In this document: piece by piece, positions 39,985 to 50,585 of the stretch | How positions within the stretch are numbered: position 1 is the stretch's first letter | How the letters are laid out: each line of letters opens with the position of its first letter | Origin: Polyangiaceae bacterium | Lineage (GTDB): Bacteria > Myxococcota_A > Polyangia > Polyangiales > Polyangiaceae | Assembly (NCBI GenBank): GCA_965222375.1 | Contig: CBDCTZ010000014.1 | Coordinates: forward strand, 480,001 to 544,000 | Direction of reading: 5' to 3' | DNA: 64,000 nt | Translations under genes and position numbers: made by a program | Notes under the pieces: model-generated | Seen by the model: only the letters and a program-made list of their open reading frames with translations | The model's database searches: none | What the model was told of the DNA's origin: nothing

Positions 39985-40830
39985 TCACTCTCGGTTCAAG
40001 TCGACGCTGAGCCCCTCCCGCGCCACGATCACCTTGGTCTGCCCGGCATTGCCCTCGAGCCACCTCGCAGCTCGCGTGCCGATGGCGTCGAGCTCGTCGT
40101 CAGCTCGATCGGGGTCGTGGTGAAACAGTGCCAGCTGCTTGGGCTCAGCCAACTTGCCCAAACGCAACACATCGTCCACCACGGAATGACCCCAACCGGA
40201 TTTTTCGGGCATGTCGTGGCTCATGTATTGGGCGTCGTGGACCAGCATGTCAACCGCATCAGAAAATCGCGCCAGTTCGTCCAGCAAAGGAGCGTCGGGT
40301 TCGGATGGAAGCTCGTTGTCCGTCAAGTAGGCGAGCTTGGTGCCGTCTGCGTCTTCGATTCGGAAGCCCTGAGAGCCACCGGGGTGGTTCAGCGCAATGT
40401 GCGTGACGAGCGCGGAGCCGATTGGCCAGCTCTTGCGCTCCGGTCGTTCAAATACGATCTTGGACGGAATGTCCTGAGCGCTGACCGGAAAGTGGATATC
40501 GTCGAAGATGGTCCGCTGGAAGCGTTCTTGAGCTTCGCTGATCAGTGGGAAGATGCTCAGCTCGGTATCGCTTTTCCACAGCGGAGCAAAGAAGGGCAAG
40601 CCCAGGATGTGATCCCAATGAGTATGGGAGAGCAGCAGGCTCGTACGCACGCTCCCACCGTTCTTGATCAGTTCGTTGCCCAGGGTGCGGATTCCGGTGC
40701 CGGCATCCAGAATCAGCCGGCTGCCATCCGATAGCTCCACACCCACACAGGAGGTGTTGCCCCCGTAGCGCACAGTGGTGGGACCTGGAGCGGGTACCGA
40801 GCCGCGCACGCCGTAGAACGTCACCCGCAT
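39985..40830 (-). CDS. MBL-fold metallo-hydrolase (RNase Z/PDE-like)
   Basis: GVRGS, YGGNTSC, DAGTG, HTHWDH, HPG, TDNE, GHS, HHDP. Confidence 0.9.
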   Translation of the reverse strand: MRVTFYGVRGSVPAPGPTTVRYGGNTSCVGVELSDGSRLILDAGTGIRTLGNELIKNGGSVRTSLLLSHTHWDHILGLPFFAPLWKSDTELSIFPLISEAQERFQRTIFDDIHFPVSAQDIPSKIVFERPERKSWPIGSALVTHIALNHPGGSQGFRIEDADGTKLAYLTDNELPSEPDAPLLDELARFSDAVDMLVHDAQYMSHDMPEKSGWGHSVVDDVLRLGKLAEPKQLALFHHDPDRADDELDAIGTRAARWLEGNAGQTKVIVAREGLSVDLNRE

Positions 40831-40952
40831 CGACTCCGGACTCTATCGCGGTCCGGCAGTGATTCAAATCACGCGCTTGTCGCGGAAAAGCCGGCATGGA
40901 ATCTGGCATTTGCCCTGGTCTGGGGCGGCGGGTTGGCTAAGCTGAGACCGCC

Positions 40953-41756
40953 GTGCAGCTCCGACCCGCAGCAGTCGCCGGGCGCTTCTATCCCGGGGAC
41001 GAGGCGCGCATCGACGCCGCCTTGCGAGAAATGGTCCCCGTCTGCGAGAGCCCGGTGGAGGCAGCCGCCGTGCTGGCGCCCCACGCGGGCTGGGTCTACT
41101 CCGGCACAATCGCTGCAGAGACGTACGCTCGAGTGCTGGTGCCCCGCTGCGTCGTTATCCTATGTCCGAACCACACCGGGTTCGGTGAGTCCCGAGCGCT
41201 GTACGACAAAGGAGGCTTCGCCCTGCCCGGAGGCGCGGTGCCGATTCACGAAGCCGCGGCGCAAGCGCTGCAGCAACACTGCGCGCTGATACCTGATACG
41301 CGAGCGCACGCTCGGGAGCATGCGATCGAAGTCCAGCTGCCGATTTTGCGTCACCGCCAACCGGATCTTCAGATCGTGCCCATCGTCTTGGGCCGACTGA
41401 CTCTCGCTGACTGCCTCGGCTTTGGGCAAGGTCTGGCCCGGGCCCTCGATGGCCTCGACGAACCCGCACTGGTCGTTGCCAGCACGGATATGTCTCACTA
41501 CTTGCCGGCGGAGCACGCTCGCAGGTTGGATCAGTGCGCTCTCGATCGCGTACTTGCTCTCGACCCGGAGGGGCTCTATCGCGTCGTGGTCGAAAAAGAG
41601 ATTTCCATGTGTGGATTCATTCCGTCCACCGTGGCTCTGAGCGCGGCTCTGGCCCGTGGCGCCAAGCGTGCCAGCTTGGTTCGCTACGCAAATTCCGGTG
41701 ATGTTTCCGGTGACTACGACGCCGTCGTCGGATATGCCGGCGTCGTGGTGTCCTAG
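40953..41756 (+). CDS. amrB: MEMO1-family protein (AmmeMemoRadiSam protein B)
   Basis: RPAAVAGRFYP, PHAGWVYSG, EHAIEVQLP, STDMSHY, SMCG, VVGYA. Confidence 0.92.
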   Translation: MQLRPAAVAGRFYPGDEARIDAALREMVPVCESPVEAAAVLAPHAGWVYSGTIAAETYARVLVPRCVVILCPNHTGFGESRALYDKGGFALPGGAVPIHEAAAQALQQHCALIPDTRAHAREHAIEVQLPILRHRQPDLQIVPIVLGRLTLADCLGFGQGLARALDGLDEPALVVASTDMSHYLPAEHARRLDQCALDRVLALDPEGLYRVVVEKEISMCGFIPSTVALSAALARGAKRASLVRYANSGDVSGDYDAVVGYAGVVVS

Positions 41757-41780
41757 CGCATGTGCTAGCCTAATCCAGCC

Positions 41781-42344
41781 ATGTTGTCGCTAGCACCCGG
41801 TTTGCTAGTTGCGGCGCCGCCTCTGGGCGACCCCAACTTCGATCGCTCCGTCGTCCTGCTGGCGGCGCACGGCCCGGAGGGCGCTTTCGGCTGGGTTGTG
41901 AACGGAAAAGACGTGATGACGGTGCGGGAGTTGCTCGTGCGCGCCGAGGTCATGGAAACGGAAGTTGAAGTTCCGGGCCTGGTGCGGGTGGGGGGGCCGG
42001 TTTCCCCGGAGCAGGTCTGGTTGGTCTACCGTACGGACGCCAAACTCACGGGCATCGAAGGCCAGTTCGAGGTCGGCGACGGAATCGTGGCCACCGCGTC
42101 ACGCAGGGTTCTGGAGCTGATTGCGGAGGGTGTCATCCCGGATAGCGTGATTGGTTACGTTGGCTACGCAGGCTGGGCGCCTTCTCAGTTGGAGAATGAG
42201 ATCCTCGCGGGCGCTTGGTTACCGACGGAAGTGGACGCGAGGCTGATCTTCGACGTGCCAGCGCATGACACCTGGACCAAGGCCTACGAGCATGCCGGAA
42301 CGTCACCCATAGCGTTTACTTCCCGAACCGTGGGTCTGGCCTGA
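41781..42344 (+). CDS. YqgE/AlgH family protein
   Basis: DPNFDRSVV, GGPV, GYAGWAPSQLENE. Confidence 0.92.
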   Translation: MLSLAPGLLVAAPPLGDPNFDRSVVLLAAHGPEGAFGWVVNGKDVMTVRELLVRAEVMETEVEVPGLVRVGGPVSPEQVWLVYRTDAKLTGIEGQFEVGDGIVATASRRVLELIAEGVIPDSVIGYVGYAGWAPSQLENEILAGAWLPTEVDARLIFDVPAHDTWTKAYEHAGTSPIAFTSRTVGLA

Positions 42345-42998
42345 TCACGTGAATCGAACCGGGGTGGCGCCTGTATGCACGAGCGGAACGAACAGGCACG
42401 GAACGCTCTCGGACCACTCCAGCCCACGCTCCGTAAGCGTGCCTACGCGTAGCACTTGGTAGCGCCGGTCGCCGACAGGAATGGCGATCCGTCCGCCGAG
42501 CCGCAGCTGCTCCGGCAGCGCAGGCGGCACCTCTTCGGGGGAGGCGGATACTAGAATCGCGTCGAAAGGCGCGGCCTCGGGCAATCCACCCCAACCGTCT
42601 CCGCACACGACGTGCACGTTCCTCACCCCCAGCTGCTCGAGCAGCCGCGTTGCGCGGTGCGCCAGAATCGGGGAGAGCTCGACGCCAGATACCTCGGCAA
42701 CGATGCAGCCCAACAGCGCTGCGGCGTAGCCCGAACCCGCCCCGACCTCCAATACCCGCTGCCGTGGGTGCAGTGCCAGAGCGTCCAGCATCAAGGCGAT
42801 CATCGAGGGCTGACTGATGGTCTGGCCCTCGCCTATTGGAAGTGCGCGATCTTCGTAAGCATAGGGCCGCTGCCCTGCGGGCATGAACAGGTGCCGAGGA
42901 ACGCGGGCGAAGGCGGAGACCACGGCAGGGGCGTGCCCGGCATTTGCCAAGCGTTCTGCCAGTAGCTCCCGGTCTCGCTTGAAGCTATCTTCGCTCAC
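42345..42998 (-). CDS. pcm: Protein-L-isoaspartate O-methyltransferase
   Basis: VPRHLF, GQTISQP, VLEVGAGSGY, FVPL. Confidence 0.94.
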   Translation of the reverse strand: MSEDSFKRDRELLAERLANAGHAPAVVSAFARVPRHLFMPAGQRPYAYEDRALPIGEGQTISQPSMIALMLDALALHPRQRVLEVGAGSGYAAALLGCIVAEVSGVELSPILAHRATRLLEQLGVRNVHVVCGDGWGGLPEAAPFDAILVSASPEEVPPALPEQLRLGGRIAIPVGDRRYQVLRVGTLTERGLEWSESVPCLFVPLVHTGATPVRFT

Positions 42999-43033
42999 GA
43001 CCGATCAGGTCGCATCGCCGTAGCGGGGTTGCA

Positions 43034-43927
43034 ATGACCGAAATCTCAACAGGGTGGACCCGACGTCGCTGCCACTGCATCCGCAGCCCGGCCCTGTTGT
43101 GTCTGGCTTGGCTGAGCCTTGGGCTCTCGCAGCCCGCTTCGGCCGCGAGCGGCTGCCCCAGTGAGATGGTGCGTGTTACGAGCTACTGCATCGATCGCTG
43201 GGAGGCAGCCTTGGTCACGAGCGCGGAGGGCACCCCCTTGTCGCCCTACTATCCTCCCAACGCTCGCCATCTCGCGCGAGTGCATTCGGTCTGGCAGGTG
43301 GAACGCACTCTCGTGGGCAGTGCAGACGCACGCCGCATGCCACTGCCGCCGGTGCCCCGCGTGCAGCGCGCGGGCAAGGTCAAGTTCAAGGCCGTGTCTC
43401 GTGCGGGCGTCGTACCCAGTGGCTACCTCAACTTCTACGAAGCCCGGCGAGCCTGCAGAAACGCGGGCAAGCGCCTGTGCAGTGAAGAAGAATGGGTGCT
43501 GGCTTGTCGCGGCGCAGCCGGTCACAAGCATGGCTACAGCGCCAACTATCAAATCGGGCGCTGTAACGTTTTTCGCCGCTTGCACCCCGCCTTCGTCTTA
43601 CATGGGCAGGCATCGTTGGGGCATACAGATCCGCGACTCAACCTGGTCGTGGAGCACGCAGTCGGTCCCTTGCTGCGGCGCACGGGCGCTGCCAAAAAAT
43701 GTCGCACTCCTTGGGGTTCCGACGCTGTGCACGACATGATCGGCAACCTGGATGAGTGGGTAGCCGACCCCTCTGGAACGTTCCTCGGAGGGTTCTATGC
43801 CCGGTCAACCAACCAGGGTTGCGAGGCGAAGGTCGCCTCCCACGACCCGGCTTACTACGACTACAGCCTGGGCACCCGCTGCTGCAAGGCGGCGGCTAGG
43901 CCTGCCCCGAGCGGCTCAGCACGTTGA
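43034..43927 (+). CDS. Secreted FGE-sulfatase/SUMF1-fold protein
   Basis: CPSEM, CIDRWE, GKRLCSEEEW, HDMIGNLDEW, GTRCC; start uncertain. Confidence 0.85.
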   Translation: MTEISTGWTRRRCHCIRSPALLCLAWLSLGLSQPASAASGCPSEMVRVTSYCIDRWEAALVTSAEGTPLSPYYPPNARHLARVHSVWQVERTLVGSADARRMPLPPVPRVQRAGKVKFKAVSRAGVVPSGYLNFYEARRACRNAGKRLCSEEEWVLACRGAAGHKHGYSANYQIGRCNVFRRLHPAFVLHGQASLGHTDPRLNLVVEHAVGPLLRRTGAAKKCRTPWGSDAVHDMIGNLDEWVADPSGTFLGGFYARSTNQGCEAKVASHDPAYYDYSLGTRCCKAAARPAPSGSAR

Positions 43928-44666
43928 TCAATCGCAGGTGAGCCGCCTGCAGCTGCTTGAGGGCGTCTTCCGGTGGAGCGTTGTCGCTCCAGCGCGACCA
44001 GGCGATCAGCACCATGCGATCGTCGCTGGTAGGGCTCGGGATGCTGCGAAAGGCCACGACCGAGTCATCGTCATCGGTCCATGACACGAGCAGGTCCCGG
44101 CCCTGCGTGTGCGCGAGAACTCGCCCCGAAAGCGTCATGTCGCCAGAGAGCGTCACGGAGACATCGCTACCGACGGCGCCGAAGCCGCTGCCGGTTCCCA
44201 ACCACACGTCGTGGGCCCAGGGTTCCGTCAAGTAGGCGTGCAGCACTTCGGGTGTGGTGGGTGCCACGCCAGTGAGCCAGCACACAGATCTCGAACGACC
44301 TTGGTGGCACTCGCAGTAATGGGCCAAGGTCGCCAGTGAAAGCGTCCACGCGGAGCCGGTGCCTTCGAGCTCGTCTTGCTCTCCGATCCCAGAGCACTCC
44401 AAGCTGACGCCGCCGTCCTGCACCGTAAACGATACATCGTGATCGCCCCAGGCGAAGGCCACGCGCTGCCCCTCCTCGTATGCCGTGACGTTAACCTCCA
44501 ATTCCGCTCCGAGAGCAGGCCAGCGCAGGTGCAACCGCGCTCCGCTTTGCACGGCACCCTCCACCACATCAGCCGCCCACGCAGTGAGACCACTGGATTC
44601 CGATAGCGCCCTCCAGATGATCTCCCTGGACGCGCGGATGGGTTGTACGAGGTGGAACGACGGCAT
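43896..44666 (-). CDS. Tandem SRPBCC/AHSA1 domain protein
   Basis: IRASREIIWRAL...LTAW, with a second repeat TTPEVLHAYLTEP...W. Confidence 0.78.
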   Translation of the reverse strand: MPSFHLVQPIRASREIIWRALSESSGLTAWAADVVEGAVQSGARLHLRWPALGAELEVNVTAYEEGQRVAFAWGDHDVSFTVQDGGVSLECSGIGEQDELEGTGSAWTLSLATLAHYCECHQGRSRSVCWLTGVAPTTPEVLHAYLTEPWAHDVWLGTGSGFGAVGSDVSVTLSGDMTLSGRVLAHTQGRDLLVSWTDDDDSVVAFRSIPSPTSDDRMVLIAWSRWSDNAPPEDALKQLQAAHLRLINVLSRSGQA

Positions 44667-44674
44667 TTCTAGTC

Positions 44675-44695
44675 CACGTGTAATTTTACAACGTG
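44675..44695. promoter_or_regulatory. Dyad CACG-TGTAA-TT-TTACA-ACGTG, candidate operator
   Basis: AT-rich dyad in a divergent intergenic region, 8 nt from the SRPBCC start. Confidence 0.45.
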
Positions 44696-44863
44696 ATTGT
44701 CAATTCTGCCGGATGTTGTGTGTCTATGTGGGTTTTTGACGGGAAAGGTGCTGGAACCTGGGACATCCAGCAGGTACAACGCTGTCGCCTACCGGCTGGG
44801 AAACGCACCTCTCACGTGCCCTAGCTGAAACGTCGTCCACCCGAACTACGTAGGAGCGCCGTC

Positions 44864-46069
44864 ATGAAACGTTCGCTGCTTGCCGTGCCCGTGTTGTATC
44901 TCGCCGCCACCGCCTGCGCGGCAGAGTCGTCGCCGGGGCCGGAGCTCCGGGTCAACGCGCAGTCTATCGCGGGTGGTGAGTCGGACTCGGAGACCAAACA
45001 CGTCCTCGGGATGTTCTCGTTCTCCGGTCATGGCGGAGGCATGTGTACGGGCACCTTGATCGCGCCCAACCTCGTTCTGACGGCGCGGCACTGCATCGCT
45101 CCGCCGCTGAAGCCACGCGACTACGTTATCTGTGGCGACAGCGGCTTTGCCGACCCCTACCCCGGCTACAACATCGTGGTCACCCACGACATGAAGATGT
45201 CGCAGGGTAGCAACAACTGGCGCCGAGGCGCGGACGTACGAGTGCCCTCGCAGGGCAACGATACCTGCGGCTTCGATATCGCCCTAGTCATCCTTGCGGA
45301 GCCCGTAGACGACATCACTCCCGCGGTGCCTCGCATCGACACGCCCGTCGAGACCGGCGAGGCTTACACAGCCATCGGTTACGGCAACACGGGTACCCAG
45401 AACAGCGGTGGCTCCCGCATGTCTCTTGGTGGCTTGCAGGTTCAGTGCACTCCAGGCAATTGCCCTATCTATCACCAAGTGCAATCCACCGAGTGGTTGG
45501 GTCAGACCGGCGTCTGCCAGGGAGATAGCGGTGGCCCGGCGATAGACAAGGACGGTAAAGTCATCGGCGTCGTCTCGCGAGGCAGCGGTCAGTGCAACTC
45601 CCCGACCTACGGCTCGGTCTGGGCGTGGAAAGACTTCATCATGGAGACGGCCCTCGAGGCCGCGACGCTCGGCGGTTACGAGCCGCCGTTCTGGGCCGTG
45701 TCCGGTGTAAGCGACGATCCCAATCCAGAGCCTCCGGTCAAGCAGCCCAAACCAACGGCTGGGCCCGACGCTCAAGGCACCATCTGCGGCGAGGGTATCC
45801 CCTGTCCTTCGGGCTACGCCTGCTTCGCGCCGGGCGGTGGGGAAAACCCGTACTGCGCGGCGGACTGCGGCGCCGGCGCGGATTGTGCGTCGGGCCTGGA
45901 GTGCCTTGCAGACCTCAACATATGCGCAGCGCCCCTCGCGGCGGAGGCTGACGCAGAATCCAATGGGGGCTGCAGCGTCAGCCTCAGCTCGGAAAACGGG
46001 CCTGTACGGCCAGTTCCTTGGCTGGTCGGCTTGGGGCTCGCACTACTCGCGCTCCGCCGTCGTCGCTGA
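44864..46069 (+). CDS. Trypsin-like S1 serine protease with MYXO-CTERM sorting tail
   Basis: TARHC, DIAL, GDSGGP; tail GGCSV...WLVGLGLALLALRRRR. Confidence 0.92.
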   Translation: MKRSLLAVPVLYLAATACAAESSPGPELRVNAQSIAGGESDSETKHVLGMFSFSGHGGGMCTGTLIAPNLVLTARHCIAPPLKPRDYVICGDSGFADPYPGYNIVVTHDMKMSQGSNNWRRGADVRVPSQGNDTCGFDIALVILAEPVDDITPAVPRIDTPVETGEAYTAIGYGNTGTQNSGGSRMSLGGLQVQCTPGNCPIYHQVQSTEWLGQTGVCQGDSGGPAIDKDGKVIGVVSRGSGQCNSPTYGSVWAWKDFIMETALEAATLGGYEPPFWAVSGVSDDPNPEPPVKQPKPTAGPDAQGTICGEGIPCPSGYACFAPGGGENPYCAADCGAGADCASGLECLADLNICAAPLAAEADAESNGGCSVSLSSENGPVRPVPWLVGLGLALLALRRRR

Positions 46070-46110
46070 ATCCCGCCCCCCGGTGGATATCACGCTAAGC
46101 TAACGACGAT

Positions 46111-47241
46111 TTGGCCACGTCCCGCCCGGCATCGTTCTCACTCGCTACAGCCCTGCTCGTCATCGGTGGCTGCGGTTCGGAAGAGAGCAAGTCGAAGTCC
46201 CCCGAAGGACCGGTGCTCCCGCCACGGGCAAGCGTGCAGACCTGTCTTGCGGACGCCGCAGCATCGAGCGAACCCATGGCCACGGACTCGACCCCTGGTG
46301 CTGCCCCCGAGTGGCTCAGCGAGACCGGATGTTTCGATGATCTCGCCGCAAGGCTGCCCGGGCCAGATCTGATTCCCTTCGCCGTCGCTTCGGAGCTTTG
46401 GACCGATGGCGCCAAGAAGAAGCGCTACATGGTATTGCCCCCCGGCGAGAAGGTGTCCGTCGCCAGGGACGGCACCTGGGATTTTCCTCTAGGCTCCGTC
46501 CTGCTCAAGCACTTCGGCTACGACGGCAGTGGCCCCCCCACGGTCGAAACTCGTGTGATGGTGCATCGCGCCGGAGGCTGGGAGGTGCACTCCTACGAAT
46601 GGCTCCAAGATGGAAGCGACGCCCGACTCCTCAACGAGTGGAAGGAGATCCCAGTCGAAACCCCGGCGGGTCAGGTCACTCACCTGTTCCCCAGCCGCTC
46701 GAGTTGCGACGCGTGCCATTCCCCAGGCGCACAATTCGTCCTGGGACCGACCACGCCCCAGATGAACCGACAGGTGCGTTGGGATGGCGGTTCCGGCAAC
46801 CAGGTCGAAGCGTTGCTCGCGATTGATGCCATCGAACTGGCCCAGCCCGAGCCTCCAGCGAACCTAGACCGAATGCCCGGGCCTGCCGACGCCGAGGCTT
46901 CCCTCGAGACCCGAGCCCGCGCCTATCTGCACGCCAATTGTGGCCACTGCCATCGACCCGGAGGTTGGGTGCCGCCTGAACTCAATCTGGATCTGCGCTG
47001 GCAAACATCTTTCGCCGACACCCAAACCTGCGGCGTGTCGTTGCAGTACGGCACGTTGTTCGGCAAGAAACGCATCGAGCCCGGCAATCCCGACGCTTCC
47101 GGACTGATGGAACGCGTGGAGAGCCAAGGTCTCAACCGCATGCCCCCCATGGGAACCGGACTGGTCGACACCGAGGGCGTCGGCGTGCTGCGCAGCTTCA
47201 TCGCCAGTTTGAGCAGCTGCCCCCCCCCTCCAAAACCCTAG
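46111..47241 (+). CDS. Diheme c-type cytochrome lipoprotein (SO2930-like)
   Basis: CDACH and CGHCH; LSETG, LWTDGAKKKR, ARAYLHANC, RMPP. Confidence 0.85.
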   Translation: MATSRPASFSLATALLVIGGCGSEESKSKSPEGPVLPPRASVQTCLADAAASSEPMATDSTPGAAPEWLSETGCFDDLAARLPGPDLIPFAVASELWTDGAKKKRYMVLPPGEKVSVARDGTWDFPLGSVLLKHFGYDGSGPPTVETRVMVHRAGGWEVHSYEWLQDGSDARLLNEWKEIPVETPAGQVTHLFPSRSSCDACHSPGAQFVLGPTTPQMNRQVRWDGGSGNQVEALLAIDAIELAQPEPPANLDRMPGPADAEASLETRARAYLHANCGHCHRPGGWVPPELNLDLRWQTSFADTQTCGVSLQYGTLFGKKRIEPGNPDASGLMERVESQGLNRMPPMGTGLVDTEGVGVLRSFIASLSSCPPPPKP

Positions 47242-47437
47242 CCCACGAGATTCGGTTTTGGTTGGGTTGCAGATGGGCAGGGCAGTGGCCGTGCGCGAGA
47301 ATCCGATCACAGCAAGAGTGTAAGCTGGCTGATGGGCAGCGGCGCGAGCATTCGAAAGTGGACGCCGAGGCCATCCGGTGTTGACTGAGCGATCGCCTGC
47401 AGCGCTCAGAAACGGCTCGGGCTCGTGGGAGCAGGGG

Positions 47438-47510
<73 letters not shown>

Positions 47511-47741
47511 GTTGAGGGAGCCGGGAGGGTAGCCGCAGGGCCGGCCGTGTCAACGACAAACTGGCGCCCTAGGCGGGTGCAGCGCCTCCATCACCGGGAC
47601 CGTTGACCCAGCGAGCTAGGTGGTTATCTTGCGCATGTTCTCGCGGCATCTCAGCTCAGGCGCTTCAGCCGAGCGGACCGCCGCGAGGGGAGTTTCGGGC
47701 GCCCAGGGCGCCCTTGGCTCGCCCCACATCGGAGAGGAATC

Positions 47742-49676
47742 ATGGGCAAGATCATCGGAATCGATCTGGGCACGACCAACAGCGTCGTCGCCGTCATGGA
47801 AGGCAAAGAAGCCAAAGTCATCGTCAACGAGGAAGGCTCACGTCTGACGCCGTCGGTGGTTGCCTGGGACGAAAAGGGAGAAATCCTAGTTGGCACTATC
47901 GCCAAACGCCAGGCCGTGACCAACCCGGAGCACACCATCTACTCCGCCAAGCGCTTCATCGGGCGCCGCTTCACGGAGATGGAGAAGGACACCCATCGAG
48001 TTCCCTATCATCTGGTGAAGGGCGACAACGGTGACGTTTGGGTGGAAGTGCGGGGCAAGAAGGTCTCGCCGCCCGAGGTCAGCGCCAAGGTACTTCAGAA
48101 GCTGAAGAAGGCCGCCGAGGACTACCTGGGCGAGAAGGTTACCGAAGCCGTCATAACCGTGCCGGCGTACTTCAACGATTCCCAGCGCCAGGCCACCAAG
48201 GACGCCGGAAAGATCGCGGGGCTCGAGGTGCGACGCATCATCAACGAGCCCACCGCAGCAGCGTTGGCCTACGGCCTGGACAAGAAGGCCAACGAGGTCA
48301 TTGCTGTCTACGACTTCGGCGGAGGCACCTTCGATATCTCGATCCTGGAGGTTGGTGACAATGTCGTGCAGGTGATCGCCACGAACGGCGATACCCACCT
48401 TGGCGGTGACGACATCGACATCATGGTGATGGATTGGCTAACAGAAGAGTTCAAGAAGGACACGGGGATGGACGTGTCCAAGGACAAGATGGTCATTCAG
48501 CGGCTCAAGGACGCCGCGGAGCAAGCCAAGATTGAGCTGTCCACGAAACAGGAGACCACCATCAATCTGCCCTTCCTGACCGCAGACGCCAGTGGTCCGA
48601 AGCACCTGCAGAAGCAACTCACGCGCTCCAAGTTGGAGCAGATGATTCGGCCGTTGATCGAACGCACCATGGCCCCCGTCAAGAAGGCGTTGGAAGATGC
48701 CAAGAAGAAGCCCAACGAAATTGACGAGATCGTGCTCGTGGGTGGTTCGACCCGCATCCCGCTGGTTCAGGAAACGGTCAACAAGTTCTTCGGCCAGGAG
48801 CCCCACAAAGGCGTGAACCCGGACGAGGTTGTGGCCGTGGGTGCTGCCGTTCAGGGTGGTGTGCTCGCTGGCGACGTCCAAGACGTCGTGCTTCTGGACG
48901 TCACTCCCCTGTCACTGGGCGTCGAGACCCTCGGCGGTGTCATGACGGTGATGATCGCGCGCAACACCACGATCCCCACGCAGAAGAAGGAAATCTACTC
49001 CACTGCGAGCGATAGCCAGACCAGTGTGGAGATCCACGTGCTGCAAGGCGAGCGTGCCGAAGCGCGGTTCAACCGCACTCTCGGGAAGTTCCACTTGGAA
49101 GGTTTGCCGCCGGCGCCGCGCGGCGTGCCAAAGATCGAGGTGACCTTCGACATCGATGCCAACGGCATCCTGAGCGTTGCGGCGAAGGACACGGCCACGG
49201 GCAAAGATCAGCGCATCACCATTACCGCCAACAGCGGCCTCGAAGAAAACGACATCGACCGCATGGTCAAGGAAGCCCAGGACCACGAAGCCGAGGACAA
49301 ACAGCGGCGGGACGAGATCGAGCGTCGCAACAAGCTGGACAACCTCTGCTACACCCTGGAAAAGCAGATCTCCGAGAACAAGGAGAAGCTGGAAGGCGCT
49401 GACGTTTCCGCTTTAGAGGGCTTGATCAAAGAAGGTCGAGACGCCGTCGAGAAACAGGACGACGACAAAGTACAGGACGTGCTGGCCAGGCTCGAAAAAG
49501 AGGCCCACTCCATGGCGGAGAAGCTCTACGCTGCCACGGCTTCGAGTGGAAATGGCGCGGGTGGCGACGCAGCCGACGCTGGGGCGTCAGGTGCCGATGG
49601 CTCCGCAGGGGCTTCCGGCGACGATAAGAAGAAAAAGGGTGACGTCATCGACGCGGAGTTCGAAGAAACGAACTGA
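47742..49676 (+). CDS. dnaK: Chaperone DnaK
   Basis: [33 protein letters not shown]. Confidence 0.99.
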   Translation: MGKIIGIDLGTTNSVVAVMEGKEAKVIVNEEGSRLTPSVVAWDEKGEILVGTIAKRQAVTNPEHTIYSAKRFIGRRFTEMEKDTHRVPYHLVKGDNGDVWVEVRGKKVSPPEVSAKVLQKLKKAAEDYLGEKVTEAVITVPAYFNDSQRQATKDAGKIAGLEVRRIINEPTAAALAYGLDKKANEVIAVYDFGGGTFDISILEVGDNVVQVIATNGDTHLGGDDIDIMVMDWLTEEFKKDTGMDVSKDKMVIQRLKDAAEQAKIELSTKQETTINLPFLTADASGPKHLQKQLTRSKLEQMIRPLIERTMAPVKKALEDAKKKPNEIDEIVLVGGSTRIPLVQETVNKFFGQEPHKGVNPDEVVAVGAAVQGGVLAGDVQDVVLLDVTPLSLGVETLGGVMTVMIARNTTIPTQKKEIYSTASDSQTSVEIHVLQGERAEARFNRTLGKFHLEGLPPAPRGVPKIEVTFDIDANGILSVAAKDTATGKDQRITITANSGLEENDIDRMVKEAQDHEAEDKQRRDEIERRNKLDNLCYTLEKQISENKEKLEGADVSALEGLIKEGRDAVEKQDDDKVQDVLARLEKEAHSMAEKLYAATASSGNGAGGDAADAGASGADGSAGASGDDKKKKGDVIDAEFEETN

Positions 49677-49805
49677 GTGGCTTGCGTGCGAGGGTGCTCG
49701 GGCGCAGGCCCCAAGTACCCTCCAGCGCACCACTGCGCCGGATAGTGCTGGGCCACGCGCCCGCCGCCTCCGGCGCTTCGGCCACGCGACAAGGGCAACA
49801 GCCGG

Positions 49806-50534
49806 TTGGCAACGCTAATACATCTTCCGTATTCCCCCTGGTCTGAGAAGGCGCGCTGGGCGCTGGATCACCACGCCTTGAAAGTGAAGCGGCGCCTCTA
49901 TGTGCCGATGGTAGGTGAGCCGTGGCTGCGGGTTCTGCTGCGCAGGCCCCGCGGGAAGGTCACCGTGCCGCTGCTGATTGACGGCATCGAGCGCTTCGAG
50001 GATTCCACGGAAATAGCGTGGTGGGCGGATGCTCGGGGAAAGTCCCGCCCGCTCTTCCCCAAAAACGAGCAAGAGGCGGTCGCGTCGCTGGTGGACCGCT
50101 CGGAGCGGATCTTGGCGTTGGGGCGGATGCGCGCCACGGCTGCCGTTTCCCAATCCAAAGAGGCTTTGCGAGAGAGCGTGCCCGCGCCGTTCAATGCCGT
50201 GGGGCCTCTTGCCGATGCCACCGCGTGGCTGGGCGTCCGGCATTTGCGTCGCAAGTACGGCTTTTCCGATGAAGCGCCGGCTCGAATCGACGCTGAACTG
50301 GGGCCGATGTTGGAAGAAATGACGCAGGAGCTCGGGGGCCGCGACTACTTCCTCGGGCAGTTTTCTTTTGCCGACATCGCGGTCGCAGTGAGCCTGCAAT
50401 TCATCTGCCCGGTGGCTCAACGCTACATTCGCCTGGGTCCCACGAGCCGCGAGGCATGGACTTCCGGGCCGTTGTCGAGACGTTTCGTTGACTTGCTCCG
50501 CTGGCGCGACGGGCTCTACGAGCGTCACCGCTGA
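49806..50534 (+). CDS. Glutathione S-transferase-like protein
   Basis: YSPWSEKARWAL, TVP, EDSTEI, FSFADI. Confidence 0.85.
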   Translation: MATLIHLPYSPWSEKARWALDHHALKVKRRLYVPMVGEPWLRVLLRRPRGKVTVPLLIDGIERFEDSTEIAWWADARGKSRPLFPKNEQEAVASLVDRSERILALGRMRATAAVSQSKEALRESVPAPFNAVGPLADATAWLGVRHLRRKYGFSDEAPARIDAELGPMLEEMTQELGGRDYFLGQFSFADIAVAVSLQFICPVAQRYIRLGPTSREAWTSGPLSRRFVDLLRWRDGLYERHR

Positions 50535-50585
50535 TGATTTTTTTGTATCCCACGCAGGGCAAGTGACGTTAATTCAATCCCGCAG

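Noticed and set aside
47742..49676. dnaK without adjacent grpE/dnaJ
   Set aside because: Myxobacteria commonly carry several dispersed dnaK paralogs.
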